Made by a program: the position numbers and the translations under genes
Source of the DNA: Thermoanaerobaculia bacterium
GTDB lineage: Bacteria; Acidobacteriota; Thermoanaerobaculia; Multivoradales; SZUA-115
Assembly: GCA_044869955.1 (NCBI GenBank)
Contig: JBIOYC010000074.1
Coordinates: forward strand, 9,114-73,113
Length of the DNA stretch: 64,000 bases
Direction of reading: 5' to 3'
Part shown: one piece after another, positions 43,995-53,868 of the stretch
Position numbering within the stretch: position 1 is the stretch's first letter
How the letters are laid out: every line of letters begins with the position of its first letter
The notes under the pieces: generated by a model
What the model was told of the DNA's origin: nothing
Seen by the model: only the letters and a program-made list of their open reading frames with translations
Database searches by the model: none

Positions 43995-45264
43995 AAACTA
44001 TCACGCTGTCTCCGACCTGGATCCGGTCGAGATCCCTCAGCCGAGTCTCGGTCGCCGGCTCGCCGTTCACCCTCGTGCCGAAGCTCGAGCCGAGGTCGCG
44101 CAGCAGGAAAGAGCCGTCCGCGTGGGCCTCGACGGCCAGGTGCTCCTTGCTCGCCTGGCTGTCCGAGAGAGTCAAGGTGCAGGAGCGGGAGCGGCCAACG
44201 ACCGTCGTGCCCTCGCCCAGCAGGACGCTGGCGCCGCGCTCCGGCCCCTCGAGCACGTAGAGCCGCGCCGGGCCCGCGCCTCGCGCGGCTGGCTGGCGGC
44301 CGGTGCGGTCGGTGAGCTCGACAGTGCGCATGGGAAAGGGGATGGTGATGCCGGCGCGCTGGAACGTCTCCCAGATCCGTCCGCGGATCTCACTCCCGAC
44401 CCGTGGCGCGCTCGAGTAGTCCTCGATCCAGACCCGCAGCTCGTATTCGATGGCGCTCTCGGCGAAAGAGAGGTTGAAGACCTCGGGCGTGGGGGTCTCG
44501 AGCACGCCGTCCACCCCCTTGACCGCGTCCAGCAAGGCCCGCCGCACGCGGTAGGGAGGCGTGCGGTAGTGGGCCCCGACCACGATGCGCTCCATGTGCA
44601 GCCGGTGGGGCAAGGCGAAGTTGAGCACCCGCTCGTCGGCGATCTTGGCGTTCGGGATGATGACGTGGTCGTTGTCGCGGGTGCGCAGGTGGGTGGTGCG
44701 CCAGGTGATGGCCACCACCCGCCCCTCCTGGTCGCCGACGCGGATCCAGTCGTTGATGCCGAAGCTGCGTTCCAGGCTGACCACCAGGCCGGCGAAGAAG
44801 TTGGTCAGGATCGGCTGGAGGGCCAGGCCGAGCACCAGAGAGGTCACGGCGCTGGTGGCGAGGATGCCCTTGAAGTCCGCCTTCTCGAAGGCCAGGGGCA
44901 GGGTGACCAGCGCGGCCAGCAGATAGCCCGCCCCGATCGCCACGGCGGGTAACAGAGTGGGAATCGCCACCCCGCGCCGGACCCTGAGGTGAACCTCGAA
45001 GAGGTAAAGGGTGGCCAGGCGGAGGGCCAGCGCGATCGGCACGAAGAGCAGGCACCAGAAGAGCAGCTCGGCGAGGACCGGCTTCTTGGGTGCGCCCTCG
45101 AAGAGCTGGTAGACCTCGAGGGCCACGGCCAGGAAGGCCACGTTCAAGGGCAGGGCGAATTGCCGAACCAGGAGGAAGCGGCGCGAGAGGAGGGCGACCA
45201 GGAGGAAGCCGACGAACAGGGCGCCGAGGCTCGCGGCGAGTGCGGGCAGCAGGGAGGCGAGCAT
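43975..45264 (-). CDS. MscS-family mechanosensitive channel with a C-terminal FHA domain
   Basis: Five TM helices plus the MscS beta-domain, then an FHA domain (VVGRS..C...L.D...S..H, GS.NGT.VNG). Its 3' end overlaps the pseudokinase start by 20 bp. Confidence 0.75.
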   Translation of the reverse strand: MLASLLPALAASLGALFVGFLLVALLSRRFLLVRQFALPLNVAFLAVALEVYQLFEGAPKKPVLAELLFWCLLFVPIALALRLATLYLFEVHLRVRRGVAIPTLLPAVAIGAGYLLAALVTLPLAFEKADFKGILATSAVTSLVLGLALQPILTNFFAGLVVSLERSFGINDWIRVGDQEGRVVAITWRTTHLRTRDNDHVIIPNAKIADERVLNFALPHRLHMERIVVGAHYRTPPYRVRRALLDAVKGVDGVLETPTPEVFNLSFAESAIEYELRVWIEDYSSAPRVGSEIRGRIWETFQRAGITIPFPMRTVELTDRTGRQPAARGAGPARLYVLEGPERGASVLLGEGTTVVGRSRSCTLTLSDSQASKEHLAVEAHADGSFLLRDLGSSFGTRVNGEPATETRLRDLDRIQVGDSVIVFEHDAN

Positions 45265-45347
45265 GGGAGGAGACTGGCTCAGAGGGCGGCCGAGAGCAGG
45301 GCTCGTGGCCGAGCGTCCATGGCCGTGCCCGGCAGTCTAGCAGCAAG

Positions 45348-48038
45348 CTACTCCCGCACCACCCGGAAACCCCGGTAGGCCGGCGCGGCGTCGCCCGAGC
45401 CCTTGGGAGCGCGCGGCTGGTCGGCGCTGGGGCCCAGGAGCTTGGCGCTGCCATCCTCGGCGAGGACCCACTCGGCGGCGTTGCCACCGAGGTCGAAGAG
45501 GGGCTCGGTGGTGCCCAGGGCGTCGAAGCGGCCGACCTCGGCGAGCAGGGGACCCTCGCCACCGAGGGCCGCGGCGGCGTTGCGGAGAGCCTCGGCCTCC
45601 TCGGGGTTGGGAGCGAACCCAGCCCAGTGGTCGAGGGTGTTCCCCAAGGTGCCAGCCGACTTGCGCAAGGCGGCCACCTCGGCCTCGCGGGGCAGCCGGT
45701 AGCGCTCGCCCGTCCTCATCGAGAGCCACTCGCAGTAGGCCCGGGCCTGCTCGAAGAGGATGCCTGTGGCCGGGTAGTTCGCCCTCGCGGCTGGCACCGG
45801 GTAGGTTGGATCGAACGTGGCGTACTGCGCGCGGGTGACCTCGAAGCGGCCGAGGGTCAACCCCTCGTGGGCCACCACCTCGGGGACCAGGACTCCCGCC
45901 ACCAGTCGCCCCAGCCGGCCATCGCTGGCGACGGAGCGGGCCCGCTCGAGGGCCCGGCCGAGGGGGGAAGTCGGCGCGAGCGCCGCTGGTTCCGGCGGGA
46001 CCTTGGTGAAGAGGTAGCGGTCGAGCCAGGCGAGCTCTTCCTCGACCTTGCGCCGCTGGTGGACGTAGCGGCCGAGACCGTGAGGCTCGCCGGGAAAGAG
46101 CACCAGCCGCACGGTGCGTCCGGCTTGCTGCAGGGCCCGGTAGAGGGACCAGCTCTGGCTGGGGGGGACGTTGCGGTCCTCGGTGCCGGTAAAGACGATC
46201 GTCGGCGTGGTCACCTCGGGCAAGCGGAAGAAGGGGCTCTTGTCGACATAGCGCTGGGGGTCCTCGAGCGGCGAGGCTCCGAAGTAGAGCTGGTCGAAGG
46301 CGGCGCCGAAGTCGACGTTGCCCCAGTCGCTGATCCACTCCACGTCCGCGGCGCCGATCGAGGCTGCCTTGTAGCGGTGGGTGCGGGTGATCAACTCGGC
46401 CGAGAGAATGCCGCCGTTCGACCAGCCGGTGGTGGCCAGGCGCTCGGGGTCGACCAGGCCACGGGCGATCAGAGCGTTCACCCCGGCTTCGAGGTCGGGG
46501 ATCTCGAGCTCGTAGTACTTGCCGCCTGTGATCGACTCCACCCACTCGAGACCGTAGTTGCTGCTGCCGTGGTAGTTGACCTCGAGCACGAAGGCGCCCC
46601 GGGAGAGCCACAGGGGCAGGGGCTTACTGACCCGGAAGGTCCACTGGTCGAGGTCGGCCCCGGCCGGGCCGCCATGGATGGCGAGGATGAGCGGCCGGCG
46701 CTCGCCCTCGCGCCAGTCGAAGGGGTAGCGCAGGATCCCCTCTACCTCGTCGCCTCGGGCGCCGCGGAAGCGCATCACCGCGCTCTTGGGCCGCGGCTTG
46801 CCGGCCCAGCCGGGGTTGGGGTGGATCGTCGGCTCCGAGGCCACGAGACGCGTCCCCTCGAGCCGAGCGCGCATCCAGACCGGAGGGTCCGAGGGCGTTG
46901 AGTGCTCGTAGAGGATGCGCTGGCCGTCGCGGCTCGCGACCCAATGGAAGACGTGGCCGGCGTGCTCGCCTTCGAGAGCGGAGCGCCGGTGGCTCGACCC
47001 GTTTCGCACGAAGCGGGCAGGGCGGTGGCGGACGCCGTCGGCGAGGAGGGCCAGGAAGCCGTCCGGAGTGGCGGTGAGGGAGCCGACCTCGCCCAGCCCA
47101 CGCGCCCAGCCAAGATCGACCTTCTGCTGGCGCCCGCTCACCACGTCGTAGTGGTAGACCTCGCTGATCGTGGCCTGGAGGTAGACGGGGTGGCTCGCAC
47201 GCTCGGCGGCGAAGTAGAAGCCCTGGCTGGCCGGTTGCCAGGCGACGTGGGAGGGGAACAGTCGGCTGCCCTCGAGGAGCCGTCGGGACTCGCCGGTCCC
47301 GAGGTCGGTCAACCAGGTGGAAGGTGCCAGCCGATTGTCGTAGCCGAAGGCGAGGCTCTGCTGGCGGCGGGTCACGGCCCAACGGCCGTTGGGCGAGACG
47401 GCGAGCAGGTCGATCCAGTCCCGGTTGTCGGTCAGCCGGGTGATCTCTCCCGACTCCAGGGCCAGGCGGAAGAGGCGGGTGGGAGGGGTGAGCGGATCCT
47501 CGACGACGATCGAGGTGTCCTTGGCCTTCTCGGTCTCGAGCTCCAGGCGCGTTGGCTCCTCCGGAGCCACGAGGACGACGTGCCCATCGTCCTGCCAGGC
47601 GAAGGTGGCCAGGGGCCGGGCCAGCGAGGTCACCGGCCAGGGCTCGCCGCCACCGAGGTCGAGCAGGAAGAGCTGGCTCGGCGCGAGCTTCTCGTCAGCT
47701 GCCTTCTCGCCGCGCCGGGGCCGATCCGAGAGGAAAGCTAGGCGGCGGCCGTCGGGAGAGAAGCGGGGGGAGCCGTGGTGGTCGGCGCCGCGGGTCAGGG
47801 CGAGCTCGCGGCCGTCGTCGAGCGAGGTCAGGAAGAGGTTGGAGGCGACGGTTCCCTTCTCCTTGTCCATCACCCGCTTGACCCACACTGCGCTACGTCC
47901 GTCCGGGGCGATCTCGACCTCCTGCACCGTCTCCTGGAGCAGCAGGTCGTCGACCGTCCACTCGCTGCTGCCGGCGACGGCGGGCTGGTTGACGCAGAGG
48001 GCGAGGAGAAGAGTCAAGGCCGAGACTGGCGAGCGCAT
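45348..48038 (-). CDS. Secreted tri-domain protein: TolB-like beta-propeller, S9 prolyl-oligopeptidase-family alpha/beta hydrolase, and a C-terminal FGE-sulfatase (SUMF1-like) domain
   Basis: Signal peptide. PD40-like repeats (SPRFSPDGRRLAFLSDR). S9 nucleophile GWSNGG. C-terminal GNAAEWV and YRGFRVVRE are typical of formylglycine-generating-enzyme domains. Confidence 0.7.
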   Translation of the reverse strand: MRSPVSALTLLLALCVNQPAVAGSSEWTVDDLLLQETVQEVEIAPDGRSAVWVKRVMDKEKGTVASNLFLTSLDDGRELALTRGADHHGSPRFSPDGRRLAFLSDRPRRGEKAADEKLAPSQLFLLDLGGGEPWPVTSLARPLATFAWQDDGHVVLVAPEEPTRLELETEKAKDTSIVVEDPLTPPTRLFRLALESGEITRLTDNRDWIDLLAVSPNGRWAVTRRQQSLAFGYDNRLAPSTWLTDLGTGESRRLLEGSRLFPSHVAWQPASQGFYFAAERASHPVYLQATISEVYHYDVVSGRQQKVDLGWARGLGEVGSLTATPDGFLALLADGVRHRPARFVRNGSSHRRSALEGEHAGHVFHWVASRDGQRILYEHSTPSDPPVWMRARLEGTRLVASEPTIHPNPGWAGKPRPKSAVMRFRGARGDEVEGILRYPFDWREGERRPLILAIHGGPAGADLDQWTFRVSKPLPLWLSRGAFVLEVNYHGSSNYGLEWVESITGGKYYELEIPDLEAGVNALIARGLVDPERLATTGWSNGGILSAELITRTHRYKAASIGAADVEWISDWGNVDFGAAFDQLYFGASPLEDPQRYVDKSPFFRLPEVTTPTIVFTGTEDRNVPPSQSWSLYRALQQAGRTVRLVLFPGEPHGLGRYVHQRRKVEEELAWLDRYLFTKVPPEPAALAPTSPLGRALERARSVASDGRLGRLVAGVLVPEVVAHEGLTLGRFEVTRAQYATFDPTYPVPAARANYPATGILFEQARAYCEWLSMRTGERYRLPREAEVAALRKSAGTLGNTLDHWAGFAPNPEEAEALRNAAAALGGEGPLLAEVGRFDALGTTEPLFDLGGNAAEWVLAEDGSAKLLGPSADQPRAPKGSGDAAPAYRGFRVVRE

Positions 48039-48109
48039 GGGATCCTCCGTTGGGGAGCTGATTGTACTGGTCTGTCCCGAGTCGCCTCGCAGGTGCCACT
48101 TGAGGACAT

Positions 48110-49477
48110 GTGCCCAACAGAAGGGGGAGAATGAGCGAGATCACGAGCAGTGAGGGTGCCCGCCCCGAGAGCGAGCGGGCCGGCTGGTCCAGCTTCGGCC
48201 TGATGTGGATCGGCCAGTTCGTGTCCCTGGTCGGCTCGCGCATTACCGCCTTCGCCTTCGGCGTCTTCGTCTTCGAGCAGACCAACTCGGCCTCGGCCTA
48301 CACGGTGATCCTGCTGCTCGCCGGCCTGCCGGGCCTGCTGCTGGCGCCCTTCGCCGGCGCCCTGGTGGACCGCTTCGACCGCCGGCTGGTGATGCTCGTC
48401 TCGGATGTCGCCTCGGCGGTGGCCAGCCTGCTGATGGTCCTGGTGCTGGCGTGGTCCGGGGGGCAGCTGTCGACCGGCTACGTGTACGCCTACGTGGCCT
48501 TCGGCGCCCTGCTCCAGGCGTTCCTCTGGCCGGCCTACATGTCTTCGACCACCCTGCTGATGCCCAAGCGCCACCTCGCCCGGGCGAGCGGCCTGATGCA
48601 GCTCGGCATGGCTTCGGCCGCGGTGCTCGCGCCTCTTCCTGCCCCCTGGCTCCTTTCCTCGGTGGGGGTGATGGGCATCATCTGGATCGACTTCGTGTCC
48701 TTCCTGCTCGCGGCCCTTTCGCTGCTGCGGGTGCGCATCCCGCGGCCCACGGCCAAGACGCCGCCGGCCGGGGGAGGCGGGCGAGCCAGCCTGACGCAGG
48801 ACATCGCCCTCGGTTGGCGCTTCATCCGGGAGCGACCGGGGCTGATGATCCTGCTCTGGTACTTCGCCATGATCAACCTGGTCTTCACCATGGGCTCGGC
48901 CCTGGTGACGCCGATGGTGCTCTCCTTCGCTTCCCGCGAGACCCTCAGCATGGTTTCCGCCACGGGCTCGGCCGGTTTTCTGGTGGGCAGCCTGGTGGCC
49001 GCCGCGACCGGCGGCCCCAGGCGGCGTGTGATGACCGTGCTCTCGTTCGGGTTGCTGCTCGGCGTCGCCTTCCTGCTGGCGGGCATCAAACCCTGGCCGG
49101 GGCTGATCGCGGCGGCTCTTTTCCTCGGGCTCTTCGGCGTGCCCCTGGTCAATACCTCGAGCCAGGCGGTGTGGCAGGTAAAGGTGCCAGCCGAGTTGCA
49201 GGGGCGGATCTTCGCCGTGCGGCGGATGATCGCCCAGTTCACCATCCCGATCGGCCAGCTCTCGGCGGGACCTCTCGCGGACTACGTGTTCCGGCCCCTC
49301 TTGGTCGAGGGAGGGCCCCTCGCCGGCACGGTCGGCAAGGTGGTCGGGGTCGGGCCGGGGCGAGGCATCGCCCTGATCTACCTGGCGCTTGCGGTCTTCC
49401 CCGTCGCGATCTCGGTCTGGGGCTTCTTCCATCCCCGCCTGCGCACTTTGGAGGAGGAGCTGCCAGACGCGGTCTGA
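48110..49477 (+). CDS. MFS transporter (EntS/macrolide-efflux-like)
   Basis: 12 TM helices, a DRFDRR-type loop after TM2, and a C-terminal QGRIFAVRRM motif. Confidence 0.8.
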   Translation: MPNRRGRMSEITSSEGARPESERAGWSSFGLMWIGQFVSLVGSRITAFAFGVFVFEQTNSASAYTVILLLAGLPGLLLAPFAGALVDRFDRRLVMLVSDVASAVASLLMVLVLAWSGGQLSTGYVYAYVAFGALLQAFLWPAYMSSTTLLMPKRHLARASGLMQLGMASAAVLAPLPAPWLLSSVGVMGIIWIDFVSFLLAALSLLRVRIPRPTAKTPPAGGGGRASLTQDIALGWRFIRERPGLMILLWYFAMINLVFTMGSALVTPMVLSFASRETLSMVSATGSAGFLVGSLVAAATGGPRRRVMTVLSFGLLLGVAFLLAGIKPWPGLIAAALFLGLFGVPLVNTSSQAVWQVKVPAELQGRIFAVRRMIAQFTIPIGQLSAGPLADYVFRPLLVEGGPLAGTVGKVVGVGPGRGIALIYLALAVFPVAISVWGFFHPRLRTLEEELPDAV

Positions 49478-49580
49478 GATCTCGCCGTCCGTTCTGTCTC
49501 GATTTAGAGGTCTTTGCGCACTTTCTGAGCACGACCTTGGCGCGGAAGGTGAAGCTCTCCGCGCGGGATTCGAAGTGCCC

Positions 49581-50837
49581 ATGGGCGCAGCTGCCAAGCC
49601 TCCGCTACCGTTCTCGGCCGACCGTCCGATCGCACCCGCCCGCACCATGGAGGGTCTGGTTCGACCGGGGCTGCGCGACCTGCTCGCCCTCGCCACGCGG
49701 CCCGAGGTCCTGTCCTTCTCGATCGGGCTGCCTGCGGGGGACCTGCTGCCCTGCGAGGTGATCGCCGAGGCCGCCGCCGAGCTGCTGGGCGAAGGCCCAA
49801 GGCCGGTGCAGTACGGCCTTCCCAGCAGTGAGCTCAAGGCACGCATCGTCGAGCTCATGGCCCTCCGCGGGGTGGTGTGCACGCCCGAGGAAGTGCTGCT
49901 GACCACCGGCGCCCAGCAGGGCACGGACCTGCTGGCTCGCGTGCTCATCGAGCCTGGCTCGACGGCCCTGGTCGAGGAGGTGGTCTACGACGGCGTCCAG
50001 ATGGTGCTCTGGCCGCTCAAACCCAAGGTGGTGGCCCTGCCTACCGACCCCGGCACGGGCCTCGACCTCGACGCCCTCGAACGGAGCCTCACCCGCGCCG
50101 AGCGGCCCAGCTTCCTCTACGTGGTGCCGGAGGGGCACAACCCCCTCGGCGTGTCGCTCTCCCTACCGGCGCGGATTCGGCTGGTCGAGATCGCTGCCCG
50201 GTTCGGGGTGCCGGTGATCGAGGACGATGCCTATGGCCACTTGACCTACGACGCCCCGCCGGCGCCGGCGCTCGCCAGCCTGGACCGCCGGCGGGTGATC
50301 TACCTCGGCTCCTTCTCGAAGGTGCTCGCCCCCGGGCTCCGAGTGGGCTGGATCGTCGCCCCCCGCGAGCTGATGCCCACCCTGGCTGCCCTGAAGCACG
50401 CGAGCGACATCGACACCACCTCCCTCGGCCAGCGGATCGTCGAGCGGGTGCTCGAGCGCGGTGACTTCCAGGACCACTTGGCGCGTCTTCGCAAGGAGTA
50501 CGCCCGCCGCCGCGACGCCATGGTCTCCAGCTTGATCCGGTCGATGCCTGCGGGGGTGCGCTGGTGGCGGCCCACCGCGGGCTTTTTCGTCTGGGCCGAG
50601 CTGCCGCCCGGATTGGACAGCGCTGAGCTGCTCCAGCGTGCCGTGGCGACCGAGCAGGTGGCGTTCAGCCCTGGCCGCGTCTTCGCCGTGGGAGATTGCC
50701 GTCGGGGCCGTTCGGGGATGCGGCTGTGCTTCGCCCCGCAGAGCCCGGAGCGGATCCACGAGGGCATCGCCCGTCTATCCCGGGTGATCGCCCGCGAGCT
50801 CGAGCCGATGGCCGAGCCGGCTCTCTCAGCGGGCTAG
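49581..50837 (+). CDS. PLP-dependent aminotransferase (MocR/2-aminoadipate transaminase-like catalytic domain, no HTH)
   Basis: GLPAGDLLP, VPEGHNPLG, and the Lys in SFSKVLAPGLRVGW. The start may instead be the ATG at 49650. Confidence 0.7.
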   Translation: MGAAAKPPLPFSADRPIAPARTMEGLVRPGLRDLLALATRPEVLSFSIGLPAGDLLPCEVIAEAAAELLGEGPRPVQYGLPSSELKARIVELMALRGVVCTPEEVLLTTGAQQGTDLLARVLIEPGSTALVEEVVYDGVQMVLWPLKPKVVALPTDPGTGLDLDALERSLTRAERPSFLYVVPEGHNPLGVSLSLPARIRLVEIAARFGVPVIEDDAYGHLTYDAPPAPALASLDRRRVIYLGSFSKVLAPGLRVGWIVAPRELMPTLAALKHASDIDTTSLGQRIVERVLERGDFQDHLARLRKEYARRRDAMVSSLIRSMPAGVRWWRPTAGFFVWAELPPGLDSAELLQRAVATEQVAFSPGRVFAVGDCRRGRSGMRLCFAPQSPERIHEGIARLSRVIARELEPMAEPALSAG

Positions 50838-50891
50838 GAGGCTCCCGACCTTCGGGTATCATCCGCCGTCCCATCGACGAAAGGACGGCCC

Positions 50892-51794
50892 ATGGGTCTG
50901 CTCTCCGGTTCGCTCAGCGTCGCCCGCTTCACCGTCGCCCATCGCGAGGCCCCGGACTTCGACGTCGCGGCCTTTCGGGAGATCGCCCCCGGCTCGGAGG
51001 TGCGGGAGTCGATCGGCTTCGTGCCGTTCGAGATCGGGGCGCCCTGGGAGGTCGGGGCGCAGCGCTGGGCCTTCCGGGTGCGGGTCGACCGCATCCGCCC
51101 GGACGCCACCGCCGTGCGCGAGCGCTGGAAGCAGCTGCTGACGACCGAGCTGGAGATCTCGGGGGCGCGCTTTCTCGGTGCCAGGAAGCGACGGGAGCTC
51201 AAGATCCTCGCCCAGGAGGAGCTCGCCTTCGCCACCTCCCCCCGCAGCAAGATCCTCGAGGCCGTGATCGACCAGGACGTGCTCTTCATCGGCTCGTCGG
51301 CCCGCTCGCAGCTGGGGCTGGTGACCACGCTGCTGCGGCGGATCGGCGTCGAATCCGCCTTCAAGGCGCCCTGGGTGGATCGCGGGTTTCCGGACCGGGC
51401 GGGCGAGCTCCTCGCTTCCCGGGAGCCTTCGGACTCCCCGTGGGGAACCGAGTTTCTGAAGGCCCTGGTGGGCGATGCGGAGGTGGCCGTCGAGCCGGAG
51501 GCCGGGCGGGCGAAGCTGGCCTTCGCCGGCACGCGCATCGCCCTCGCCGGGGAGATCCTGCCCGACCTCGTGGCCTACCTCGAGCGTGGTGCGGAGCCGG
51601 TCGCACTGCGGCTGGCGACGGGCGACAGCTCCTTCACCCTGGACGGCCCCTCCTTCCGCCTCAGCGGGGCGAAGCTGCTGCCGGTTCAGGGCGGGCATTG
51701 GACCGAGTTGCTCGACGCTCGCCTGGAGCAAGTCATGGAGCTCTACGACCTGCTGGAGCGGAAGTTCGGCGAGCTGGTGAAGGGTGCCGATTGA
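50892..51794 (+). CDS. rdgC: RdgC-like recombination-associated protein
   Basis: About 300 aa, with an N-terminal pattern resembling RdgC (GFVPFEIG against GWVPPMG). The assignment rests on recalled similarity. Confidence 0.45.
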   Translation: MGLLSGSLSVARFTVAHREAPDFDVAAFREIAPGSEVRESIGFVPFEIGAPWEVGAQRWAFRVRVDRIRPDATAVRERWKQLLTTELEISGARFLGARKRRELKILAQEELAFATSPRSKILEAVIDQDVLFIGSSARSQLGLVTTLLRRIGVESAFKAPWVDRGFPDRAGELLASREPSDSPWGTEFLKALVGDAEVAVEPEAGRAKLAFAGTRIALAGEILPDLVAYLERGAEPVALRLATGDSSFTLDGPSFRLSGAKLLPVQGGHWTELLDARLEQVMELYDLLERKFGELVKGAD

Positions 51795-51856
51795 CAGACT
51801 CGGCCAGCTCTGTAAGCTCTGAGCGATCCCAGGGTCGACCCGGAAGGGAGGCCGCG

Positions 51857-52561
51857 GTGGCCGAGCAGCCCGAGCTGGACAGGTCCTTCGAGCAGGTTCC
51901 TCTCACCCGCAACGAGTACATCACGGCGATCGTCCACTACTACCGTGGCGAACGCAGCCGTGCCGACGCCTGGCGAGCCCGGCTCGATCCCACCACCAAC
52001 TGGGCGGTGGCCACCACCGGAGCGATGCTCTCCTTCGCCTTCTCGAGCCCCGAGCACTCGCACGTGGCGCTGCTGCTCGCCTTCTTCTTGGTGTCGATCT
52101 TCCTCGGTTTCGAGGCCCGGCGGTTCCGCTACTTCGACGTCTGGCGGGCGCGGGTGCGGATGATCGAGGAGAATTTCTTCATCCCGATCATCCGGCGCAA
52201 GCTTGAGAGCCCGCGGCATGACTGGCGCGAGTCGATGGCCCGGGACCTCGATCACCCGACCTTCAAGATCAGCACCCTCGAGGCGGTGGCGATCCGGCTG
52301 CGCTTCAACTACATCTGGATCTTCCTGGCAATCCTGGTCTCATGGCTCGCCAAGCTGTCCGTGCATCCGACCAAGGCCACCGCGACCGGCGAGATGGTCG
52401 AGCGCATGGCGGTCGGGCCTCTGCCTGGCTGGCTGGTGCTGGTGATCGTCAGCGCCTTCTGGCTCGGACTCAGCGGGCTCGCGCTGTGGGGGCGGGGCCG
52501 GGGGCGCGGCGGTGACGAGGTGCACGGTCTCGAGAAGGAGATGGATCACTGGAAGACGTGA
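51857..52561 (+). CDS. DUF2270 family membrane protein
   Basis: GTG start with GGGAGG 6 nt upstream. Three TM helices. The upstream 380 aa of the track ORF are rejected. Confidence 0.55.
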   Translation: MAEQPELDRSFEQVPLTRNEYITAIVHYYRGERSRADAWRARLDPTTNWAVATTGAMLSFAFSSPEHSHVALLLAFFLVSIFLGFEARRFRYFDVWRARVRMIEENFFIPIIRRKLESPRHDWRESMARDLDHPTFKISTLEAVAIRLRFNYIWIFLAILVSWLAKLSVHPTKATATGEMVERMAVGPLPGWLVLVIVSAFWLGLSGLALWGRGRGRGGDEVHGLEKEMDHWKT

Positions 52562-52574
52562 ACGCGAGCTCTGC

Positions 52575-52596
52575 CAAGGTGCCAGCCGAATTGCGG
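52575..52596 (+). repeat. Exact 22-nt repeat CAAGGTGCCAGCCGAATTGCGG, copy 1
   Basis: Identical to 57273-57294 in the same orientation. A 2-mismatch copy lies inside the MFS CDS at 49181-49202. Confidence 0.6.
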
Positions 52597-52658
52597 TTCA
52601 CGGCCGACGAGTGGCGAGGTCCAGGGCATCGGCGGCGGTTTTACGTCTACATCTAGTG

Positions 52659-53576
52659 ATGGGTCGTCCACTTCGCTTCATTCCACCGGGCTCGCTGGTC
52701 GCGGTCACGACGCGGACTCTCCAGGGAAGGCGTCTGCTTCGACCGTCCGAGCAGCTCAACGACATCATCAGAGGGTGTCTCGGGCGAGCTCAGCGGCGGT
52801 ACAGCATGCGTGTGCACGGCTGCACGTTCTTGTCCAACCACTTCCACCTCCTGCTCAGCCCGGACGACCCTTACCAGCTCGCCGCCTTCATGAACTATTT
52901 CAATTCCAAGCTGGCGAGGGAGGTCTCCCGGCTCCATGGGTGGACCGAGCGTATCTGGGGGCACCGATATCACGCCATTCCGGTCAGCGACGAAGAGTCT
53001 GCGCAGCTGGAGCAACTGGAGTACCTGCTGGCCCAGGGTTGCAAGGAGGATCTGGTCGAACGGCCCGAGGAGTGGCCGGGAGTGCACAGCGCTGAGGCTC
53101 TATGTGAGGGCACCGCAATGCGCGGCCACTGGCACGACCGCACCGCCGAGGCCCTTGCGCGCCATCGCGGCAAGCGGTGTGAGGGCTTGAGCCTTGTTCA
53201 CCCTGAGCAGGTCGTGTTCTCCCCTCTACCTTGCTGGGCGCACCTGCCACCGGACCAATACCGCCAGCGCATTCGAGGGATCCTGCAGGAGATCACTTCG
53301 CGGTATGCGGCTGAGAGGGCTCGGCGAGGGGTCAAGTGTCTGGGTGCCGAGCGAGTCCGGAGCCAGGACCCTCATACCCGCCCGGTTTCCATGGCAAGGC
53401 GGCCGCCGCCGTGGATCCACGCCGCAAGCGTTGCGATCAGGATCGCTTTCCGCCAGGCGTATCGCGCCTTCGTCATAGCCTTCCGGGAAGCCGCCGAGCG
53501 CCTGAGAACTGGGCGGCTGCCCGTCTGCTTTCCGCCCTGGAGCTTTCCTCCTCCCTGGCCCCGGCCCACGGGGTAG
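52659..53576 (+). mobile_element. IS200/IS605-like HUH (Y1) transposase-family protein with an extended C-terminus (RAYT-like)
   Basis: The HUH motif SNHFHLLL and a Tyr region (HRYHAIPV). No terminal inverted repeats were seen, and it appears single-copy in the window. Confidence 0.6.
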
Positions 53577-53868
53577 CACACTCGCCGAACCACCGTTCGT
53601 GATGTCTAGGACGACCTTGAGCCCGGGCGAGGTGGGTCTTTCGACGCGTCTGGACGACCTCCGGGCGTTCCCCGCTTGCACTCGCCGCTTGCTCCTGACG
53701 GGTTGACGGTCTGCATCGAGGTGTTGGAAGGAGCCTCGAGAGGCAATTCTCTGTGCAGAGACCAACTGCTCTCCGCCGAGTGCTCCCTCGTCGGAAAGAC
53801 GGCTGGCACCTTTTTCTCCGCCCTGGAGGAGCCGGGGGCTGGCGAGACCCCCGGGCCGAGGGTGTCTT

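Noticed and set aside
52575-52596. The 22-nt repeat as a sigma54 (-24/-12) promoter or REP palindrome
   Set aside because: GG/GC spacing and orientation do not fit TGGCAC-N5-TTGC, and the sequence is not self-complementary.
52659-53576. A complete IS200/IS605 insertion sequence
   Set aside because: There is no tnpB, no terminal hairpins or inverted repeats, and only a single copy in the window. It is called a transposase-family gene, not a bounded IS.
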